Positions 1 to 8,214 of a stretch of 42,661 nt of DNA are shown piece after piece (the first letter of the stretch is position 1; the number at the start of each line of letters is the position of its first letter). A program made the translations under genes and the position numbers. Under the pieces are notes generated by a model. The model had not been told where the DNA came from and did no database searches. It saw only the letters and a program-made list of their open reading frames with translations. The stretch comes from Kiritimatiellia bacterium. GTDB lineage: Bacteria; Verrucomicrobiota; Kiritimatiellia; RFP12; UBA1067. The stretch spans positions 1-42,661 of the forward strand of contig JAFRJH010000028.1 in the NCBI GenBank assembly GCA_017432385.1, given 5' to 3'.

Positions 1-293
1 TCGTCGACCTCACGGCCGAGCTCGAGAAGCCCGCGACGTACGAGGAGATCTGCGCGGCGATGAAGAAGGCCAGCGAGACCGAGATCGCCGCCGGCGGTCT
101 CAAGGGCGTCCTCGGCTACACGGACGAGGCGGTCGTCTCGACCGACTTCCGCAACGAGGCGCGCACCTCCGTCTTCGACGTCAAGGCCGGCATCCAGCTC
201 GACCCGACGTTCGTCAAGGTCTGCGCGTGGTACGACAACGAGTGGGGCTACTCCAACAAGGTCGTCGAGATGATCCGCGTCATCGCGAAGTAA
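1..293 (+). CDS. gap: glyceraldehyde-3-phosphate dehydrogenase, C-terminal fragment (5' end outside window)
   Basis: The frame is open from the window edge (codons from nt 3). It reads [25 protein letters not shown]...[17 protein letters not shown]...[18 protein letters not shown], the conserved GAPDH C-terminal signature. Stop TAA at 291-293. Confidence 0.9.
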   Translation, partial: VDLTAELEKPATYEEICAAMKKASETEIAAGGLKGVLGYTDEAVVSTDFRNEARTSVFDVKAGIQLDPTFVKVCAWYDNEWGYSNKVVEMIRVIAK

Positions 294-313
294 TCTCCCG
301 CGGCAATGCGAGG

Positions 314-350
314 GAAGGCCCGCGGCGCTTTCGCCGCGGGCCTTCTTTTT
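314..350 (+). terminator. rho-independent terminator downstream of gap
   Basis: Perfect 14-bp stem: gaaggcccgcggcg (314-327), loop cttt, cgccgcgggccttc (332-345). A ttttt run follows at 346-350. Confidence 0.85.
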
Positions 351-358
351 GGTATAAT
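350..358 (+). promoter_or_regulatory. extended -10 promoter element TGGTATAAT for the purF-like gene
   Basis: tggtataat at 350-358. SD aaggagg at 374-380 and ATG at 385 lie downstream, so this is a leadered transcript. Confidence 0.6.
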
Positions 359-384
359 ATGCACCTGTCAACCAAGGAGGTAAT

Positions 385-1866
385 ATGGGCGGATTCTGCG
401 GCGTGATCTCGAAAGGGGAGTGTGTAAGCGATCTCTTCTTCGGCACGGACTACCATTCGCATCTCGGGACCCACCGCGGCGGCATGGCGGTGCTAGGCCC
501 CAACGGGTTCCAGCGGTCTATCCACAACATCCAGAACGCGCCGTTCCGCTCGAAGTTCGAGCACGATGTCGCGCGTTTCTCGGGCAGCGTAGGCCTCGGC
601 GTGATTTCCGACACCGATCCACAGCCGCTGATAATGTGCTCGAAGCTGGGCACGTTCGGCATCGTGACGGTCGGGCTCATAACCAACATCGCGGAGCTTG
701 AGAGGGAGCTTTTCCAGAACAACTCCGCCCAGCTGCAGTTCTCCACCAACTCCGGCATGGTCGGGCCGACGGAGGTCGTTTCGGCCCTCATCGCGACGCA
801 GAGCTCGATCGTCGAGGGCGTAAAGTACGTCCAGTCCAGGATCAAGGGCAGCTGTTCGATTCTCCTGATGACGGACGACGGGCGTCTCTACGCGGCGCGC
901 GACCGCTACGGCAGGACTCCCATCGTGGTCGGGCAGAAGGAGTCCGGCATGATCGCGCTCATGGAGAGCTGCGCGCTCCCCAACCTCGGCTACGACTATG
1001 TCCGCGACCTTGGCCCCGGCGAGATGGTGGAGATGTCCGCGGAAGGCATGAAGACCGTTGTCGAGCCCGGCGAGAAGATGGCCATCTGCTCGTTCCTCTG
1101 GGTCTACTACGGCTATCCCGCGTCGAGCTACGAGGGCCGCAACGTCGAGATGGCGCGCTATCGCTGCGGCTCGGCGCTGGCGAAGCGCTATCCGACGCCG
1201 GTCGACGCCGCATGCGGGATACCAGATTCGGGAACCTCCCACGCGCTCGGCTACGCCCACGAGGCGGGGATCAAGTACGCGCGTCCGTTCGTCAAGTACA
1301 CGCCGACATGGGCCCGTTCGTTCATGCCCCAGGAGCAGCGGCAGCGCGAGAGGGTGGCCTCCATGAAGCTCATTCCCATCCCTGGGCTCATCAAGGACCG
1401 CCGCCTCGTCTTCTGCGACGATTCAATCGTCCGCGGGACCCAGCTCGGCAAGCAGGCGGACCGTCTTTTCAAGGAGGGATGCCGCGAGGTCAACATCCGC
1501 ATCGCGTGCCCTCCGCTCCTCTACCCCTGCCGATTCATCAACTTCTCGCGCTCGAAGAACGAATACGATCTCATCACCCGCCGCTATATCCGAGGGCGCG
1601 AAGGCGAGAACGCCGACATCTCGAAGTACGTCGACCACGAGGGTGAGGCGTACAAGGGCATGGTCGAATACATCCGCGAGAAGCTCAATCTGACGTCTCT
1701 CGCGTTCCAGACCGTGGACGACCTTGTCGCCGCGATCGGAATCCCGCGCGACCGCCTCTGCACCTACTGCTGGACGGGCGAGGATGTCTCGATGCCGGGT
1801 TCCTGTGCGCACGGCTGCGGCGGGTGTCCCCACTCCTGTCCGCACGCCCGTGCCTCGGCCTCGTAG
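385..1866 (+). CDS. purF: amidophosphoribosyltransferase-like protein (class II glutamine amidotransferase + PRTase) with Cys-rich C-terminal tail
   Basis: 493-aa ORF preceded by an SD. N-terminal MGGFCGV places a Cys for an Ntn-type amidotransferase. PRPP-binding motif VFCDDSIVRGTQ. CTYCWTG resembles the Fe-S ligand motif of Bacillus-type PurF. The sequence diverges from canonical PurF, so it may be a paralog family. Confidence 0.7.
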   Translation: MGGFCGVISKGECVSDLFFGTDYHSHLGTHRGGMAVLGPNGFQRSIHNIQNAPFRSKFEHDVARFSGSVGLGVISDTDPQPLIMCSKLGTFGIVTVGLITNIAELERELFQNNSAQLQFSTNSGMVGPTEVVSALIATQSSIVEGVKYVQSRIKGSCSILLMTDDGRLYAARDRYGRTPIVVGQKESGMIALMESCALPNLGYDYVRDLGPGEMVEMSAEGMKTVVEPGEKMAICSFLWVYYGYPASSYEGRNVEMARYRCGSALAKRYPTPVDAACGIPDSGTSHALGYAHEAGIKYARPFVKYTPTWARSFMPQEQRQRERVASMKLIPIPGLIKDRRLVFCDDSIVRGTQLGKQADRLFKEGCREVNIRIACPPLLYPCRFINFSRSKNEYDLITRRYIRGREGENADISKYVDHEGEAYKGMVEYIREKLNLTSLAFQTVDDLVAAIGIPRDRLCTYCWTGEDVSMPGSCAHGCGGCPHSCPHARASAS

Positions 1867-1937
1867 ACATTCCGCACAAAGCCGGGCTTCCGCGCGGTGT
1901 CGCCATTTCCGCCGGGGAGTCTGCGTGGCTGGGTATT

Positions 1938-1946
1938 TGGTATAAT
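1938..1946 (+). promoter_or_regulatory. extended -10 promoter TGGTATAAT, 8 nt upstream of the ATG (leaderless-type)
   Basis: tggtataat at 1938-1946, ATG at 1955, and no SD can fit between them. Confidence 0.6.
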
Positions 1947-1954
1947 ATCCAGAC

Positions 1955-4900
1955 ATGAGAAACTTCGCGAAGTCGCTTGCGGGGGCCGGGCTTGCCGGAT
2001 TCCTGGCCGTTGTCCCGTTCGTAGTGTCCGCCGATGGCGGGGAGGTGCTGCTCGACTCGGGCGAGCCGCGGTCGTTCGAGCCGGGACGCAGCAAGTCCTG
2101 GGACGTTGCGCTGAAGCCCGAATGGGGGGTGATCACCGTCAAGACGCGCATGAAGACCGACGGCGTCGTCTGCGGCAGGGAAAGCTGGATGACCGCCCGC
2201 GTGCCGATGAGCTTCCACGACGCGGACGGCAGGCAGGTCGGCGGCTGGCCCCGCGTGTTCGGGTTCGTCGGCACGCACGACTGGATCGACTGCGAGCGCG
2301 ACTACAAGGTGCCCGAGGGCGCGGCGCGGCTGCGCATCTCAACCAGCAACCTCGGCGCCGCCGGCACGGCTGACTTCGACCGGCTCACTGTGTCGCTCAA
2401 GCGATTGCGCGCAACCGAGCCGTGCAACGCGCCCCTCCCCGGGGGCGCGCCTGCGGATCCGTGGGGGCTCGACGACGCCTGGCGGCAGACGACGGCTACG
2501 CGCGCGCGGTGGTGCCTCAACGGACTCTGGGGGTGGCGTCCGCCGCTCGACTCCGACAAGCCCGGCGTCGTGCCGGGCGAAAACGACGGCTGGGGCTGGG
2601 GCAAGGTCCCGTCCGTCTGGGCCAGGAAGGGCGAGCATCGGCGCGAGGGTCAGCTCGTGTACATCTCGCCGTGGCTCGAGGACAAGGACGTGAAGTGCGA
2701 AACCGGCGACCGCGCGTGGTACCGGCGCGACTTCGTGATGCCGGAGGAGTCCGCGGGGAAACGCGTCGTCCTGACGTTCACGATGCTCCAGACTCACGCG
2801 GTAGTCTATGTCGACGGGAAGCGCGCTGCGGAGGTTTCGTTCCCGGGCGGCGAGGCGGACATCACCGACTTTGTCAAGCCCGGCGAGAGGCAGTCGGTCG
2901 TCCTCGACGTTACGGCGTATCCGCTCAACCCCGAGACGCTGGACTTCAACGCGCCCGACCGCGCGACGGCCGCCAGGACGGAGGTGAAGTTCCGCGGCAT
3001 CACCGGCGACGTCTACCTCGACGTCGTGCCGAAGAAGGCGCGGGTCGTCGCGGCGACCGTGGAGTGCGACGTCGCGGACGGCAAGGCGACGTTTGTCGCC
3101 GAGTGCGAGCGCATCCCGGGCGAGGCGACGCTCGAGGCGCGCGTGTACGATACGGAGGACATTGCGAAGGCCGCCTTGCAAAAACCTGTCGCAGTTTTCT
3201 TCGGGAAGGGCCTTAGGCCCGACGCCGACGGGCGCGTCGCATTTGCCGCGGACTGGCGCGGCGCGAAGACGTGGGACGTGCATACGCCGCAGAACCGCTA
3301 TGTCTGCGCACTGGAGCTAAAGGACGCTGAAGGCCGGACGCTCGACGCGGCGCTGCCGTTCGCGTTCGGCTTCCGCGACGTGAAGATCAAGGGACGCGAC
3401 CTGATGCTGAACGGAACGCCCATCCACCTGCGAGCGCTCGTGAACCGCACGATGAACGCGGACGCCGGCGTGGCGTGCAGGGAGTCCGCGCTCGAGGCGT
3501 GCCGCCGCCTGAAGGAGATGGGCGTCAACTACGTCATTGCGGAAAACTACAACTTCTCGCCCGGCGCGGTGTCGTACATGGACGCGATCCTCGACGTGTG
3601 CGACGAGACGGGCATGCTCTTCTCGTTCTCGCTGCCCCACTCCCGCGACTTCGACATGAAGCTCGAGGATCCCGCCGTCGCGGCGCGCTACCGCGAGCTC
3701 GCGCGGTGGTGCATACGCCGGGCCCGGAACCATCCGAGCGTGGTCACGTACGCGATGAACCACAACCTTACGGGATACGTCGGCGACATGGACCCGCTCC
3801 GGATCGACGGAAAGTACGACCTGACGCCCGAGGAGGGGAACGGACGCGCGGCGGGCGCGATCGGCAGGCGCCGCTGCGCGCACATCGCATGGGAGATCGC
3901 GAAGTCGCTGGACCGGACGCGCCCCGCATACCACCACGAGTCCGGCAACCTCGACGAGTTCCACACGGTCAACATCTACCTCAACTGGGCGCCCGTGCAG
4001 GAGCGCAGCGACTGGCTTGCGCACTGGAGCGAGGAGGGCGTGAAGCCGCTCTTCTTCGTGGAGTGGGGCATGCCGCACATCTCCTCGTGGTCGAGCTACC
4101 GCGGTCCGCTCTTCATCTGGCGCAAGCCGGGGTACCAGAGCCTCTGGGCGAGCGAGTACGCTGCCGCGCTTCTCGGCGATGCAGCGTACCTCGGCGACGA
4201 TCCGCTGACGGCCAGGGCGCTTGCGAGGGAGGAGGAGCTCTGGAGGCGGCAGAGGCCATTCAAGTGGTATGAGCTCAACGGGCCTCTCCGCGAGATGGAG
4301 CTCCGCTACTCCGGCGTCCAGTCCGCCTACATGGCCGACAACTGGCGCAGCCACCGCGCGTGGGGGATCACGGCGATGCTGCCATGGGACCAGGGCGGCT
4401 TGTTCAGGGGCGGACAGGCCCCGATGCTCGTCAACCCGCGCCGCTGGGAAGGTCTCAAGCGCCCCGGCATCGTGCCGGACGAGATTCGCGACGAGGGCTG
4501 GGACACGGGGACGGGCGACGCGGCTCGCTATGCGCGTACCGGCATAGGCGAGACGTTTCGCAGGTGGAACGGCGACGACTGCGCGTTCATCGGCGGAAAG
4601 GGAGTCTTCACCGACAAGAAGCACCACTTCCGTCCCGGCGGAACCGTCGAGAAGACGCTCGTCGTCCTCAACGACCGCCGCGTGGACCAGGAGGTCGAGT
4701 GGACGTGCGAGCTGAAGGACGGCGGCAGGCGCTTCGGGGATGTCCTGCGCGGCAAGGTCTCCGTTCCGGCCGGCGGCCGCCGCGACGTGCCGGTGTCGAT
4801 TCCGCTCCCCGACAGGGCCGGACGCTACACGATCATCGCCGAATTCGCCTTCGCAGGCGGAGCGGGGCGGCGCGACGTCTTCGCCGTGGAGGCGTATGCC

Positions 4901-6232
4901 CCCGTGAAGGCGGACGACAAGTCGCGGACGCCGTTTCTGTATGATCCCAAGGGGCTGACCGCGAAGGAGTTCGACCGACTGGGCGTCAAGTATGCGCACC
5001 TCGGACTCGACGAGCTGAAGGCGAAGGCGTCCGACGCGGCTCTTGCTCCCGAGACGCCGTTCGTCGTCGGACGCGAATGCCTCACGCGCGAGCTGCTCTA
5101 CGGCGTGCTCGTTCCGGCGGCGCGCCAGTCGCGCGCACGTGTCCTCGTCTTCGAGCAGACGAAGGACACGCTCGAGTCCGTCGGGTTCCGCGCGCAGACG
5201 TACGGGCTCAGGACGGCGTTCCCGCGCTTCCGCGACGACAGCCTCGGACTTGGCCTCGACGCGGACATGCTGCGCGACTGGAACGGCGAGTCGACCCTGG
5301 TGATGCCGTACGTAGAGGGGATTCCGAAGAACGAGCAGTCGTACCTGACCGACACGTGGGCGGGGTACGTCAACACGCGCGTGTGGCGGTGCGGCAACCG
5401 CGGCAATGTGGCGACGGCGATTCCGGAGAAGCCGACGGTCGGCGACTGGCGCGCGCTCGCCGACGGCGGGTTCGACCTCCAGTACGCGCCGCTCCTCGAC
5501 TGGACGGTCGGCGACGGACGCATCACGTTCTGCCAGCTGGACGTCACGGCGCGCACGGCGCCCGACCCCGTCGCGGACGACGTCGTGCGACGTCTCGTCT
5601 CGCGTCTCGGCGACGGTGCGCGCATCAGGTCGAAGGGACCGCGCGCGTTCGGGCGCACGGCGTGGATTGCGATGCGCGACCTCGTGAAGGGGCTGAAGCA
5701 GGACGAGGAGGAGAAGGACGCAGGATCGGGATCCGTCTACGTCGTCTCGTCCGGAGCGGAGAAGCCGAAGGGCTTCCTCGACCTCGTCGCGAAGGGCGGA
5801 CAGGCGCTATGCCTGGGGTTTACCGCGAAAGAGGTCGCGGAATGGAGCCCCGTCCCGTTCGAGATGGCTCCGACGAACGGATGCATAGCTGCGCGCATCG
5901 GGCGTCCGCCCGCGATGCTGAACGGACTTTCCAACGCCGACTGGACGTGGCACGGCTCGATGGACTTCGACGCGTTCACGAGTCCGGCGGAGGACGGCAA
6001 CGCGGCGTTTCGGACGGTGGCGCACGGGAAGGGCCGGATCGTGTTCTGGCAGGTCCCGCCGTGGGCGATCGACGACGCGGCGAAGCCGTACCTCAGGACG
6101 ACGAAGCGGCGCGCGCAGTACATGCTCTGCCGCATCTTGGCGAACTTGGGCGTGAGCTTCTCGACGGATGAGGTCCGCTACGCCGACGTCCCCGTGCCGG
6201 AGGACGACCCATACCGCTACTACCGCTGGTGA
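1955..6232 (+). CDS. secreted GH2-like glycoside hydrolase, 1425 aa, with a long uncharacterised C-terminal region
   Basis: Signal peptide MRNFAKSLAGAGLAGFLAVVPFVVSA. GH2-type sugar-binding jelly-roll pattern (WYRRDFVMPEESAGKRVVLTFTMLQTHAVVYVDGKRAAEV...ADITDFV). TIM-barrel entry pattern FGFRDVKIKGRDLMLNGTPIHLRA...MGVNYV. NHPSVVTY motif. Confidence 0.7.
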   Translation: MRNFAKSLAGAGLAGFLAVVPFVVSADGGEVLLDSGEPRSFEPGRSKSWDVALKPEWGVITVKTRMKTDGVVCGRESWMTARVPMSFHDADGRQVGGWPRVFGFVGTHDWIDCERDYKVPEGAARLRISTSNLGAAGTADFDRLTVSLKRLRATEPCNAPLPGGAPADPWGLDDAWRQTTATRARWCLNGLWGWRPPLDSDKPGVVPGENDGWGWGKVPSVWARKGEHRREGQLVYISPWLEDKDVKCETGDRAWYRRDFVMPEESAGKRVVLTFTMLQTHAVVYVDGKRAAEVSFPGGEADITDFVKPGERQSVVLDVTAYPLNPETLDFNAPDRATAARTEVKFRGITGDVYLDVVPKKARVVAATVECDVADGKATFVAECERIPGEATLEARVYDTEDIAKAALQKPVAVFFGKGLRPDADGRVAFAADWRGAKTWDVHTPQNRYVCALELKDAEGRTLDAALPFAFGFRDVKIKGRDLMLNGTPIHLRALVNRTMNADAGVACRESALEACRRLKEMGVNYVIAENYNFSPGAVSYMDAILDVCDETGMLFSFSLPHSRDFDMKLEDPAVAARYRELARWCIRRARNHPSVVTYAMNHNLTGYVGDMDPLRIDGKYDLTPEEGNGRAAGAIGRRRCAHIAWEIAKSLDRTRPAYHHESGNLDEFHTVNIYLNWAPVQERSDWLAHWSEEGVKPLFFVEWGMPHISSWSSYRGPLFIWRKPGYQSLWASEYAAALLGDAAYLGDDPLTARALAREEELWRRQRPFKWYELNGPLREMELRYSGVQSAYMADNWRSHRAWGITAMLPWDQGGLFRGGQAPMLVNPRRWEGLKRPGIVPDEIRDEGWDTGTGDAARYARTGIGETFRRWNGDDCAFIGGKGVFTDKKHHFRPGGTVEKTLVVLNDRRVDQEVEWTCELKDGGRRFGDVLRGKVSVPAGGRRDVPVSIPLPDRAGRYTIIAEFAFAGGAGRRDVFAVEAYAPVKADDKSRTPFLYDPKGLTAKEFDRLGVKYAHLGLDELKAKASDAALAPETPFVVGRECLTRELLYGVLVPAARQSRARVLVFEQTKDTLESVGFRAQTYGLRTAFPRFRDDSLGLGLDADMLRDWNGESTLVMPYVEGIPKNEQSYLTDTWAGYVNTRVWRCGNRGNVATAIPEKPTVGDWRALADGGFDLQYAPLLDWTVGDGRITFCQLDVTARTAPDPVADDVVRRLVSRLGDGARIRSKGPRAFGRTAWIAMRDLVKGLKQDEEEKDAGSGSVYVVSSGAEKPKGFLDLVAKGGQALCLGFTAKEVAEWSPVPFEMAPTNGCIAARIGRPPAMLNGLSNADWTWHGSMDFDAFTSPAEDGNAAFRTVAHGKGRIVFWQVPPWAIDDAAKPYLRTTKRRAQYMLCRILANLGVSFSTDEVRYADVPVPEDDPYRYYRW

Positions 6233-6298
6233 GGTCCGGACCGTCGCGACTAAAGAATGGAGCCGGAGCCGACATGATTGCGTCGACGATGGAGATTT

Positions 6299-6307
6299 TG
6301 ATACAAT
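6299..6307 (+). promoter_or_regulatory. extended -10-like element TGATACAAT upstream of apbE
   Basis: tgatacaat at 6299-6307 in the intergenic region after the GH2-like stop codon. Confidence 0.45.
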
Positions 6308-6341
6308 TGGGGTGAGAATGCTGGCCGAAAGGATAAACGAC

Positions 6342-7217
6342 ATGAAGTTCTTGAAGGCTCACGTTGTTGTTTTGGTTTCAGCGATTGCCGCGGCCGTGCT
6401 GCTCTGGGGGTGTTCGCGCGAGCCGGTCGAGCGCGTCGAGTGGCCGGTGATGGGGACGATTGCGGCGGTGCAGGTGCGCGGCGGATCTGCCGGCTACGGA
6501 CTTCCCATCTCAACCTACCGCAAGTCCGCCGGAGGCGCGTTCGCCGAGGTCGAGCGGCTCTTGAACGCCCATGACGCGGAATCGGAGATCAGCCGGCTTG
6601 CGCCGCTTGACGAGGAAGAGATTCTCGTGAAGTGCGACCCGCGCATGAAGCCGTGCTACGAGGCGGCGTTCAAGCTGATGCGGGCGTCGGGCGGTGCGTT
6701 CAATCCGCGCTGGAAGGGGCCTGGAACGCTCGACCTTGGTGCGATAGCCAAGGGATTTGCCGTCGACCTGGCGGCGGAATCGATCTACGTCGACGGAAAC
6801 GACGTGCTTCTCGACCTCGGCGGAAACCTCAAGGCACTCGAGGGCGAGGGCGGTTCGCACAAGCCGTGGAAGACCGGCGTGAAAGACCCGGACGGCGGCG
6901 GATTCGCCGCGGTTGCCGATCTTCGCGAGGGCGAGGCGTTGGCGACGAGCGCGACGTACTACCGCGGCAGCCACATCTACGACGGAAGGACGGGGAGGCC
7001 CGTCTCGAACGATGTCGCGTCGGTAACCGTGCTCTGCCGGTCCGCGATGTGGGCGGATGGGCTGTCCACGGTGCTGTTCATCCTCGGCCCTGGGGAAGGA
7101 CGCAGGTTCGTCGATGAGACCATGCCACGGCTTCCGGTGGAAGGCGGCGTCTCCGTGCTTTGGCTGCTGTCCGACGGGAGCCGCGTCGCGGTCGACGCGG
7201 ACGGTAGGTTCAGGTGA
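6342..7217 (+). CDS. apbE: FAD:protein FMN transferase (ApbE family), probable lipoprotein
   Basis: MKFLKAHVVVLVSAIAAAVLLWGC is a lipobox-like signal. ApbE-type motifs are present: MGTIAAVQV, FNPRWKG...LDLGAIAKGFAVD, LLDLGGNL, ATSATYYRGSHIYDGRTGRP, WADGLSTVLFILG. The start is ambiguous: an in-frame ATG at 6318 is also possible, and I regard the track start at 6168 as an upstream extension. Confidence 0.8.
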   Translation: MKFLKAHVVVLVSAIAAAVLLWGCSREPVERVEWPVMGTIAAVQVRGGSAGYGLPISTYRKSAGGAFAEVERLLNAHDAESEISRLAPLDEEEILVKCDPRMKPCYEAAFKLMRASGGAFNPRWKGPGTLDLGAIAKGFAVDLAAESIYVDGNDVLLDLGGNLKALEGEGGSHKPWKTGVKDPDGGGFAAVADLREGEALATSATYYRGSHIYDGRTGRPVSNDVASVTVLCRSAMWADGLSTVLFILGPGEGRRFVDETMPRLPVEGGVSVLWLLSDGSRVAVDADGRFR

Positions 7218-7253
7218 CAGGCGGCTTTCCCGTTTATCCCTCATTTGGGTGAT

Positions 7254-7281
7254 TTGCCGAATTCCGCCGTGATGCTATAAT
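7254..7281 (+). promoter_or_regulatory. sigma70-type promoter (-35 TTGCCG, 16-nt spacer, TGCTATAAT) of the long CAZyme operon
   Basis: ttgccg at 7254-7259 and tgctataat at 7273-7281. The ATG at 7291 lies 9 nt after the -10, with no SD. Confidence 0.55.
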
Positions 7282-7290
7282 GTGGGCGGA

Positions 7291-8214
7291 ATGAGACAAG
7301 TCCTCACATCGCTGCTTTTCGCCGCCGCACTCGCTGTTTCCGCAGCCGAGCGGGACCGCGCTCCTGAAATAGGCGCGATCAAGACGTCCGGAACGGTCCT
7401 GGAGAGCCCTGATGGCGCGGTCGTGGCGTGGACGGAGGCGTCCGACCCCGAGGGCGGCGCCGTTTCGTGGCGCTGGGAGCTGTATGCCGACACTCCCGAC
7501 TTCGAAAAGAATCTTTCTTCCGCAACGGCCAAGGCGGGCATCGCCGGCTCGATAGTGTCCGGGCAGGGCACTCCGTCCGTCGTCGCCAAGCTCCCCTCGG
7601 CGGGCGCGTACCGCCTGTGCGCCTTCGTGTCCGATGCGGCCGGAAACGCCTCTCACGCGAGCGTCTCCGTCAGGCTGCCCTCCGGCGCGGACGACGCGGC
7701 GCTCCCCGCGGCGGAAATGCCGCGCGCGGTCTACCGCGACGGCTCTGCGGCGAGCTGGTTTGCGAGCGGATACATGGGCAACCGCGACGCGCTCTCGCTC
7801 GACGAGATGTGCCACGAGACGCCGCACGACGGCGCCACATGCCTCAAGATCGAGTATTCCGCGAAGGACGGCTGGGCCGGGGTCTACTGGCAGGACCCCG
7901 CGAACGACTGGGGGGACCTCCCCGGCGGCGCCAACCTCTCGAAGGCGACGGCGCTCGAGTTCTACGCCCGCGGGGAGCGCGGCGGCGAGAAGGCCACCTT
8001 CTTCATGGGGGGCATTACCGACAAGCGGTTCTCCGACACATGCCGCGCGGAGCTTAAGGACGCTGTTCTCTCCAGGGAATGGACCAGATGTCGCATTCCC
8101 CTCGCGGGACTCGACCTGAAGCGCGTGAAGAGCGGCTTTGGCTTCGTGTTGGCGGCCGACGGGGCGCCGGTGACCTTTTATCTTGACGACATCCAATACA
8201 TAGCAGAGAGATGA
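7291..8214 (+). CDS. secreted Ig-like + CBM-like (beta-sandwich) protein without a catalytic domain
   Basis: Signal peptide MRQVLTSLLFAAALAVSAAE. Both modules are paralogous to the C-terminal half of the next gene: SDPEGGAVSWRWEL vs SDPEGDRLIWKWTL, and WFASGYMGN...CLKIEYSAKDGWAGVYWQDPANDWG...FYLDDIQYI vs WFVSGYMGN...CMKISYSAGDNWAGIMWQSPANDWG...FYLDDIQYV. The track start at 7282 is a GTG; I prefer ATG 7291. Confidence 0.8.
   Translation: MRQVLTSLLFAAALAVSAAERDRAPEIGAIKTSGTVLESPDGAVVAWTEASDPEGGAVSWRWELYADTPDFEKNLSSATAKAGIAGSIVSGQGTPSVVAKLPSAGAYRLCAFVSDAAGNASHASVSVRLPSGADDAALPAAEMPRAVYRDGSAASWFASGYMGNRDALSLDEMCHETPHDGATCLKIEYSAKDGWAGVYWQDPANDWGDLPGGANLSKATALEFYARGERGGEKATFFMGGITDKRFSDTCRAELKDAVLSREWTRCRIPLAGLDLKRVKSGFGFVLAADGAPVTFYLDDIQYIAER

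Noticed and set aside
3317-4999. 560-aa minus-strand ORF antisense to the GH2-like gene. Similar long antisense ORFs occur at 9965-11656, 11669-13198, 15922-18138, 17964-20036, 19921-22506 and 35731-38646.
   Set aside because: All lie entirely inside strongly supported + strand genes with recognisable domains. Their translations are Arg/Ala/Gly/Pro-rich low-complexity sequence without motifs. Long stop-free antisense frames are expected in DNA of about 65% G+C.
6233-6246. 10-nt perfect palindrome ggtccggacc immediately after the GH2-like stop codon.
   Set aside because: It has no loop and no T-tract and occurs only once. It is probably a chance palindrome or a restriction-site-like sequence.
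7236-7259. Search for the CCCCTAC-N4-GTAGGGG element at the 7254 operon promoter. Isolated cccctac half-sites inside coding sequence (near 20997 and 38020) were also noted.
   Set aside because: The sequence upstream of the 7254 -35 matches at most 4/7 per arm, with a shifted register. The coding-region hits are single half-sites without a partner arm.
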